The notes beneath the pieces were generated by a model that worked only from the letters and a program-made list of their open reading frames with translations, was not told the DNA's origin and did no database searches. From Roseinatronobacter bogoriensis DSM 18756 (GTDB taxonomy: Bacteria; Pseudomonadota; Alphaproteobacteria; Rhodobacterales; Rhodobacteraceae): 32,000 nt of DNA. Location of the stretch: assembly GCF_004366635.1 (NCBI RefSeq), contig NZ_SORN01000010.1:94867-126866 (forward strand), written 5' to 3'. Of this stretch, positions 26,158 to 32,000 are shown piece after piece (position 1 is the first letter of the stretch; the number at the start of each line of letters is the position of its first letter). The position numbers and the translations under genes were made by a program.

Positions 26158-27867
26158 ATGAGCACGCAGCTAGACACACAACTGGCCTCACTTAAAGCAT
26201 TGGCTGACACTCAAACTGCCGCGTACTACATGAGCAGAGATCAGCTGCATCAAGCTTTTGTGGACACCTATTTGTGGTGGCGCGAGGCAGACAAACAAGC
26301 TGGTTACTTGGATGCCAAGTATGCGGCCGCAGGCATTACCACACGCAAGCGCAAGGCCAATAGCCCAAATTTCTATCCCCTTGTACGACTGGTGTGGAAC
26401 ATTGACCCAACTAAGCAGGCCAGCACCATCAGCAACTGGGCAAAATCTCTGCTTGCACTGCATGACGAATATACAGGAAAAACAGAGCTATACGCACAAA
26501 ATGCACGCGCTGACCTGATTAATTACATCAAAGACGAAGGCGGGCTTGCGCGGCTGCGTGGCGAAAAAGGGATGACAGCCGCAGAGCTTGCGGCAGAAGA
26601 AGCTGCTGGCGTACAACTGATGCAGCGCGGTAGACCTAAACTCACTGCCCCAGCCCCCGCCAATGTTGCCGCGTCAAAGCTTGAAGCTGTCAAAGCAATC
26701 GCGCCCAAAGCCACCATTCCCAGCTTTCCTACTGCCGTTACAAACGCTGACAACTTGGTGGTAATGCTGGGGCGCAAGAATGCTGCTGGACAGATTGAAA
26801 TTGTGGGCAGCAATTACAGCGATCAGCTTGTGCAAACGGCACTTGACGCCTGCACAGCGCTGGATCGTAGCAATGTGACGCTTAGCTTGCGTCTAATTGC
26901 AGAAGCACTTGAGCCACACGCGCTACCAGCTAAGTTGGAGAGCTACAGGAAAAAGTTTTTTGACGACAGCGAAGTAGAACGCACTGTTACGCTGCGCGAT
27001 TTGGACAAAGATGGAAATCCAAAAACTGAGGTTCAAAAAATCAAGCAAGCAACGCGCTTGCGTTACCGCCCAACAGCTACAGATTTTCTTGTCAGCAAAA
27101 CTGCAACCCCTGCAAGCCTAGTCACATATGCACGACCAAATGCTGCGTTTGTCTGCGCTGATGAGGTCATATTGCGTGGCGCAGATAGAAGCTGGATAGA
27201 AAGCGAGCTGCTGAATAAGCAAAAGCTAACACTTTATAAGGCAGAGCCAAACAATGGGCTTGCGGCGACGCAGGGCACTGTAAAGGCAACGCACACGTTG
27301 CGTTTGGATGATGCGGCCTCAGAGCATACACGCAATATCTATTTTTATGAGAAATCCACTGTGCCTGTTGAGTCAAACCAGCAGCCAAGCATCAAAAATC
27401 AAGCTGCGCTTAATTGGAATTGGGAGCTTGAAACAACTGTGCAGTGGTTGGCAGAGTTTGACGCGCAATGCGCGACTCCATACGTAAACACAATACGTGG
27501 TTTTTTCAATCGCTCCAAATTTGCCAGCATTCAACTGCAGCTAGGCAAAACCGAGTTAGAGTTGCGGTACTGGTACGAAAATGACGTGTATGCTTACAAC
27601 TACAGCCTGCCCTACAACAGCAACGCCAAACGCTTGGGCAAGAAGACTAGTACCCAACTGTTTACGGCAAATGCTAAAGACCTCGCGCTTGTGTTTGCAG
27701 TATTACCCACCCTCCCCATCACCAGCCAAAACGTGCTGCTATCTGGCAACAGCAACGTAATGCGGGTCAAGTACAGCACCGAGCTTGCTGACTATGAAAC
27801 TTACATCCCAGCTGCTGACACAGCAGGCCTGCGTGATGCGACTGCATTTGAATTGTATGGTGCGTAA
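26158..27867 (+). CDS. Orphan 569-aa protein, first gene of the island cargo block
   Basis: This is a long clean ORF. It has an N-terminal helical region of about 140 aa, an Ala/Pro-rich linker (AAELAAEEAAG...TAPAPANVAAS...) and a beta-rich remainder. I see no Walker A, HUH, DEAD or nuclease motif by eye. A single nucleotide separates the stop (TAA at 27865-27867) from the next ATG (27869). Confidence 0.8.
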   Translation: MSTQLDTQLASLKALADTQTAAYYMSRDQLHQAFVDTYLWWREADKQAGYLDAKYAAAGITTRKRKANSPNFYPLVRLVWNIDPTKQASTISNWAKSLLALHDEYTGKTELYAQNARADLINYIKDEGGLARLRGEKGMTAAELAAEEAAGVQLMQRGRPKLTAPAPANVAASKLEAVKAIAPKATIPSFPTAVTNADNLVVMLGRKNAAGQIEIVGSNYSDQLVQTALDACTALDRSNVTLSLRLIAEALEPHALPAKLESYRKKFFDDSEVERTVTLRDLDKDGNPKTEVQKIKQATRLRYRPTATDFLVSKTATPASLVTYARPNAAFVCADEVILRGADRSWIESELLNKQKLTLYKAEPNNGLAATQGTVKATHTLRLDDAASEHTRNIYFYEKSTVPVESNQQPSIKNQAALNWNWELETTVQWLAEFDAQCATPYVNTIRGFFNRSKFASIQLQLGKTELELRYWYENDVYAYNYSLPYNSNAKRLGKKTSTQLFTANAKDLALVFAVLPTLPITSQNVLLSGNSNVMRVKYSTELADYETYIPAADTAGLRDATAFELYGA

Positions 27868-27868
27868 T

Positions 27869-29137
27869 ATGGCAGGTGAAAACTTTACTGCGCAGTATGA
27901 CAACAAAGCCGTTTACTTGCCCAGCTTACAGCAAGGTTATGCAGCTTTCCCATTTAAAGACGCCAAGTCTGTACGCAACGGCGCTTTACCAAAAAATTTT
28001 CAACTGCAAGACTTGGATTTTCTGAACCCAGAAAGCAATCTATGGCACTGCAAGTATGTGCTTTACAGTGCAGGCCAGTTTAGCAGAGCGCAGATACGCA
28101 CGCGCGATATGGTTACAGAGCGCAAGGCTGGCACAGTGGTTGTTGGGGATAGCGGCGGTTATCAAATTGGCACTGGCAAAATGAAAGCTGTGCAAGGTTG
28201 GCATAAATTTGCAAATGAGCCTGACAAGATCGCACATAACTGGCTTTTAGACGTAACTATACGCGACAGAACATTACGTTGGCTCGACAGATATTGCGAC
28301 TACGCAATGACACTGGATATGCCACTTTGGGTATTGAACAATCCAAAAGCAACTGCTTCGCCCTTCAAAAACCTCTCCGCCAATCAATTGATCGATTTAA
28401 GCTATGAAAACTTGAAGTATTTTGCAAATAACAGGGGTAAAGCGACAGGTTCTAAGGCGAAATTTTTAAACATACTGCAGGATGGGGGAGGCGATACTGG
28501 GGAGATATGGTATAAACGCGTAAAAGACTTTGATTTTGAAGGGTGGGCATTTGGCGGTGATACAAAGAATGGCATTGCGCCCTTGCTAAAGTGGGTTCGG
28601 CGCTTGCTAGACGATGGAAAAATTAACAACAAAACTGAGTGGCTTCATGTGTTGATGATGTCACCGCCCATAAATAGCGTGCTGCTCACTGCCCTTCAAA
28701 AGCGACTGCGTGAGATATTGGGCAACAACATTACGGTAAGCTACGACAGTAGCAGCCCTTTTCAAACGTCAGGTATCAGCCAACAGATCGCAGTGCTACC
28801 TGAACTTACAAGCGACATAAAAACTTGGCGTATTAAGAGCGTTCAATACCCACAGCATCCGAAATACACAAGCAAGACAGATATTCGCTACTTGGAAAAT
28901 ATTGTCTCGCCTGTGACCAAACTCGTCAGTATCAACGACTTTCATGCCAAAGCTGGACCAATGGAAACCAAGTTTCTGGACTCGCTAGCACAGCATTTGC
29001 TGACCAATCATAATCTATATGTTTATCACAAAGCAGCTATTGATGCGTGTAATATTGTATTCAAGCGCAACGAATCTGAGCGCATACTTAAGAAAGTCAG
29101 CGCTAATTTGCTTTACATTAAGAATTTCCTTCAGTAA
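27869..29137 (+). CDS. Divergent tRNA-guanine transglycosylase (TGT)-superfamily / DpdA-like protein
   Basis: The start is the ATG at 27869, in frame within ORF 27785..29137. Four motifs occur in TGT order. VVVGDSGGYQIGTG corresponds to DSGGFQ, FEGWAFGGDTKNG to GYAIGG, and TEWLHVLMMSPP to the LH/YL.G.G.P strand. VSYDSSSPFQTS corresponds to the FDC/FDSA nucleophile-Asp motif. No CxCxxC...H zinc site is visible. Confidence 0.6.
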   Translation: MAGENFTAQYDNKAVYLPSLQQGYAAFPFKDAKSVRNGALPKNFQLQDLDFLNPESNLWHCKYVLYSAGQFSRAQIRTRDMVTERKAGTVVVGDSGGYQIGTGKMKAVQGWHKFANEPDKIAHNWLLDVTIRDRTLRWLDRYCDYAMTLDMPLWVLNNPKATASPFKNLSANQLIDLSYENLKYFANNRGKATGSKAKFLNILQDGGGDTGEIWYKRVKDFDFEGWAFGGDTKNGIAPLLKWVRRLLDDGKINNKTEWLHVLMMSPPINSVLLTALQKRLREILGNNITVSYDSSSPFQTSGISQQIAVLPELTSDIKTWRIKSVQYPQHPKYTSKTDIRYLENIVSPVTKLVSINDFHAKAGPMETKFLDSLAQHLLTNHNLYVYHKAAIDACNIVFKRNESERILKKVSANLLYIKNFLQ

Positions 29138-29170
29138 CGTAAATGTGCCACAATCTATCAAGACCACAAA

Positions 29171-29902
29171 ATGAACATCAATAATGTTATCGCTAGATCC
29201 TTGGCACACCTTAAACAAAGCTTGAAAAAATTTAGAGATCGCTTTTTAGCTCAGCTAGGGCTTACGCGGATAAAAGAATTGTCGGCGCTCGAAAAAAAGC
29301 TTGAAATTTGTAGCGCCACAAGCGACTACTTATTTGATTTGAGTTTTTCTGACTATATCCTTGAAGAAATTTTTGAGCGAGCTGAGAGAGTAAAACAAAC
29401 AGAGATTTCTGGAAAACTTCACACTAAGCGATTTAGAAATCGCTTTGGAGTATCGTCTGGATTAACTAAGAAGCAAGCTTTCTTCTTAGAGCTTGATTGC
29501 TTATCGAGAATTGCGGAGTGCTGTGACATTGAAGCACAGCAACATTTTCCCATCCTTATCGATTATGACACGGAGCAGTTTACTATCACAACCTCGCACA
29601 ACGGAATATCTTTGAAGGATATTCGAGAAGTGATCGCAGTTCCAGACTTCAACTGTCAACTTTCCCTAATTCTTTCAACTCTCAGCAAGGCGCAAGTGGC
29701 GCACTTAGATTGTCACCCAAATGGCAAAAACCTAACTGTTTCTAACGAAGGTATAATTTCTTTGATTGATTTTGACAATGCGCAAGTAAAAGATCAGCCA
29801 TTCAATCACATAATGAGAAATCGTTACGAAAATAATTTTCAAAAAACAAAGGAAAAGATGGTTTTCGCTGTTGTAAATTGTAAATTCTTAATCTTGAAGT
29901 AG
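29171..29902 (+). CDS. Small protein-kinase-like-fold protein (Kdo/APH/RIO-like catalytic loop)
   Basis: The product contains ...AQVAHLDCHPNGKNLTVSNEGIISLIDFDNA... This resembles the H-x-D-x-H-P-x-N catalytic loop plus the IDFD metal-binding motif of kinase-like phosphotransferases. I see no clear glycine loop. The gene is very AT-rich relative to the rest of the island. Confidence 0.45.
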   Translation: MNINNVIARSLAHLKQSLKKFRDRFLAQLGLTRIKELSALEKKLEICSATSDYLFDLSFSDYILEEIFERAERVKQTEISGKLHTKRFRNRFGVSSGLTKKQAFFLELDCLSRIAECCDIEAQQHFPILIDYDTEQFTITTSHNGISLKDIREVIAVPDFNCQLSLILSTLSKAQVAHLDCHPNGKNLTVSNEGIISLIDFDNAQVKDQPFNHIMRNRYENNFQKTKEKMVFAVVNCKFLILK

Positions 29903-30120
29903 TGAGAAAAATTATTCTTAATTTATTGGTATGACGCCGAAAATAGGTAATTTAGCAGCTAACTATACAGCGCCATGACGCTTATTCATTTTTTAATATA
30001 AATAGGTATATATTCACTTATCACTTAATCAAATCGCAGCTATACCCTGACTCATCAACCGCACTATCTGTTTTTCCGGAATCTGTCCATAAATTTTAAA
30101 CAACACTTAACGCCCTGCGC

Positions 30121-30143
30121 CTTACATCGGAAAGCGATGTAAG
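30121..30143. repeat. Variant hairpin sharing the outer arms of the 21-bp palindrome
   Basis: CTTACATCG-GAAAG-CGATGTAAG has 9-bp perfect arms and a 5-nt loop. The outer CTTAC...GTAAG is the same as in the copy-2 palindrome. Confidence 0.7.
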
Positions 30144-30263
30144 CATAGCCGCAGCCACGCTGTAAGGCGCCCGACAAGCGCGACCAAAGCCACAGCTATA
30201 GCAACAAAGCCAAAAAAAATCGCACCACACCCTGTATGAAGCTGTTTGACGCTGCTAGTCGCC

Positions 30264-30286
30264 GTTACTTCAAACTGTGAAGTAAC
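30264..30286. repeat. 21-bp palindrome, copy 3 (arms extend to 9 bp)
   Basis: GTTACTTCA-AACTG-TGAAGTAAC lies 20 nt beyond the stop of the minus-strand gene 30306..30758. The loop orientation is the same as in copies 1 and 2. Confidence 0.9.
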
Positions 30287-30305
30287 GCACGGCCGCACAG
30301 CTTGC

Positions 30306-30758
30306 TTACGGAAGCAAAATCTTCATGCTTGCTTCCAGCTGCGCCTTTAGCCCATCGTCATGCAACAAAACTGTTTCAAGTACATCTTCTTCCACCACAA
30401 GCACAGCATCGACCACTTCACTTCCCGTAACTACCATAAAATGCACAATATTTCCGCCTAAGTCCCATGCATATCGCAAACTTAAAGCCTGCTTGTTCAC
30501 CTTAACCTGCGCCGGCTCACCTTCACTGTTTGAATGCAGCAAGGGATTGAAAGCTTGATAAGCAACGAGCTTTAGGTTTGGCGCACAATTTGGCAAAAGC
30601 GCGAAACCTTGTTGCTCTTTGCCTTCCGCTGCCAAAGCACGCAGTGTTTCCCACAAATCAGCATTCCAATGCTTGCGCCAGCGCAGCCTAAATCTGTCAT
30701 GCACCACATCAAGCAAGCTTCTAAATTCACTGCTTCTGTTTTCGTATGCTTCTATCAT
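30306..30758 (-). CDS. Island hypothetical protein (150 aa)
   Basis: The start is the ATG (cat 30756-30758), with GAGG 6 nt upstream. The track ORF begins one codon earlier at a GTG. I recognise no motif. Confidence 0.7.
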   Translation of the reverse strand: MIEAYENRSSEFRSLLDVVHDRFRLRWRKHWNADLWETLRALAAEGKEQQGFALLPNCAPNLKLVAYQAFNPLLHSNSEGEPAQVKVNKQALSLRYAWDLGGNIVHFMVVTGSEVVDAVLVVEEDVLETVLLHDDGLKAQLEASMKILLP

Positions 30759-31184
30759 CACTCACCTCGTCTATGCTGGCTCGTTTCTAATCATCGGTTC
30801 GCCACAAACCTGCATTTGCCAGCCGTTTGCCTGCTCAACCCATCAAAACCTAGCCCACACGCAAACGCATGACTAGTCAGAACAAGTAGCAGCACAGCAC
30901 AAAAAGCCATCTAAACAACGCGCTACAGTACTCGACCTGCTATGCTGCCACCTGGCTGCGCAAAAACTGAAAGCTTGCGCTGTAGCCCCGCCGCTGTGCA
31001 CTGCTAGACGCCACAGCATTGAATTATGGTGAAAGCTTCTGCTTGCAAAGTATTCGCGCCACTGTCATTGTCGAATTATTGGAAAGTATTCACGCTTGTG
31101 CATATGTTGTACACAAATATGTACGCAGTGACTTTTTTTAACATTAACATGTTGATTTTTAATGGTTATACTTTTTGTTGCTCT

Positions 31185-31230
31185 ATTGCAAATCCGTGTA
31201 CAGGAGTTCGATTCTCCTACTCGCCTCCAT
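31185..31230 (+). repeat. attR: 46-bp partial tRNA-Cys copy
   Basis: It is identical to 21663-21708. The sequence upstream of 31185 does not continue the tRNA, so this is a remnant or duplicated target and not a second gene. Confidence 0.85.
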
Positions 31231-31513
31231 TTTTCAAAAACATCTCTGACGATTTGAGTATCTGGATCGAATATGGCCTTTAGCGCGTGAAACGCGCTGA
31301 CATGCCACGTCGGCCCTATCGCGTGCAGCGGCGATGACTTTGTCGTTCAAGACAGAAACGCGGCCCGGGGTGACACAACTGTCAGAATTCAAAATTTTGT
31401 ACGAAAAATCCGGCGTTTTTGGTGTTAATCTAGCAATATCAATGGCTTAATTTTGCAATTTCAAAATCGTCCTCCGGAATTTCAAAATAGGCCTGTTTTC
31501 GACGGACAAGAAA

Positions 31514-31541
31514 GAACCCGCGATGAGATCATCGCGGGTTC
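31514..31541 (-). terminator. Hairpin terminator downstream of the TniB-like gene
   Basis: GAACCCGCGATG-AGAT-CATCGCGGGTTC has a 12-bp perfect stem. On the minus strand it is followed by TTTCTTG. Confidence 0.5.
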
Positions 31542-31571
31542 ATGCAGGCTAAAACCGAAATTCGGTAAAGT

Positions 31572-32000
31572 CTATGTCGGGAAGAGCTTATGCGCTTCGA
31601 TCCGATAAGGGTTGTCGACCAACATGACGTTTGCACTGTCAGAGGCGCCGGTCCAACGGCGAAACGTCTCGGCAAGGTCGGACCGGGTAAGCTCGGTTCT
31701 TCCGGAAGCTTTGGCATGGGCCATCGAATGAACCACCATCTCGATGAAACGCCCCCAGCGGCGGGCGGCCCCATGGATCATCCGATTATAGGTGTCCTCA
31801 TCCCGGAGCCCCGAAACGTCAAGTTTCGCAGCCGTACCATAGGCGCACATGATCGCGTCGGCCTCTTCGAGGTTTTGCTGATTATACGCGATATCGCTGT
31901 AGGAGATCGGCTCAAGCAGTGCGATCAATTCATCCGACTGATTGAGGTAATCCAGAAGTGTCGGGATGCCGGACAAGATCAGGACGATCGGCCATTCCGG
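31572..32000 (-). CDS. AAA+ ATPase C-terminal part, TniB-like transposition helper (5-prime end lies outside the window)
   Basis: The frame is open to the window edge. The product reads PEWPIVLILSGIPTLLDYLNQSDELIALLEPISYSDI...RMIHGAARRWGRFIEMVVHSMAHAKASGRTELTRSDL. This resembles the post-Walker-B/sensor region and the helical lid of TniB-type ATPases. The assignment rests on pattern only. Confidence 0.45.
   Translation of the reverse strand, partial: PEWPIVLILSGIPTLLDYLNQSDELIALLEPISYSDIAYNQQNLEEADAIMCAYGTAAKLDVSGLRDEDTYNRMIHGAARRWGRFIEMVVHSMAHAKASGRTELTRSDLAETFRRWTGASDSANVMLVDNPYRIEAHKLFPT

Larger units (their letters stand above)
21663..31230 (+). mobile_element. Integrative genomic island of about 9.5 kb inserted in tRNA-Cys
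   Basis: It has perfect 46-bp direct repeats at both ends and a tyrosine integrase gene adjacent to the tRNA. Base composition shifts abruptly. Hand counts give 27/60 and 17/60 G+C in two island lines, against 31/60 and 42/60 in two core lines. The gene content is accessory. Confidence 0.8.

Noticed and set aside
23819-30286. The 21-bp palindromes interpreted as rho-independent terminators.
   Set aside because: The stems are only 8-9 bp and AT-rich, and none is followed by a T-run on either strand. Copy 1 lies between divergent starts and copy 2 lies directly before a start codon.
31185-31230. A second tRNA-Cys gene.
   Set aside because: Only the 3-prime 46 nt are present. The upstream sequence cannot form the acceptor or D arms, so this is the att repeat.
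31026-31283. An 85-aa ORF running across attR.
   Set aside because: It reads through the partial tRNA copy and the island boundary and has an AT-rich junk translation. It is not a gene.

Overview
The window comes from a GC-rich alphaproteobacterial chromosome that looks Rhodobacterales-like, based on CcrM, a GTA-type holin, RpoE-ChrR and an NDUFA12-like/DUF2155/aat neighbourhood. It splits into three parts. (1) Positions 1-21600 are core genome. They carry selO (partial), msrB, aat, nusB-ribH-ribBA, a GH108 endolysin plus 3-TM holin pair, and a five-gene operon (FAD oxidoreductase, DUF1365, MFS, DUF3833, SDR) divergent from rpoE-chrR. The rpoE intergenic region holds two mirror-image TGATCC-N16-CGTAA promoters. 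Further right are ccrM, rnhB, a secreted Cys-repeat protein, a membrane-anchored protein with a C-terminal wHTH, argP/LysE, an aldehyde dehydrogenase and a HIT protein. (2) A tRNA-Cys(GCA) gene lies at 21634-21707. It is followed by a visibly AT-richer integrative island of about 9.5 kb, bounded by a perfect 46-bp direct repeat of the tRNA 3-prime part (21663-21708 and 31185-31230). The island encodes a 473-aa tyrosine integrase, small orphan proteins, a small protein with HUH-Rep-like motifs and a second, catalytic-domain-only tyrosine recombinase. Its cargo block is a 569-aa orphan protein translationally coupled to a divergent TGT/DpdA-like transglycosylase, followed by a very AT-rich kinase-like gene. 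An identical 21-bp palindrome (TTACTTCAAACTGTGAAGTAA) occurs three times in the island, and two of the copies bracket the cargo block. I consider this cargo block the best candidate for an undescribed DNA-modification or defence system. (3) Right of attR (31231-32000) a second element seems to begin, with AATT(T)CAAAAT repeats and a partial TniB-like ATPase gene. I saw no CRISPR array and no rRNA. All calls come from reading the sequence and the ORF translations by eye; no database search was possible.
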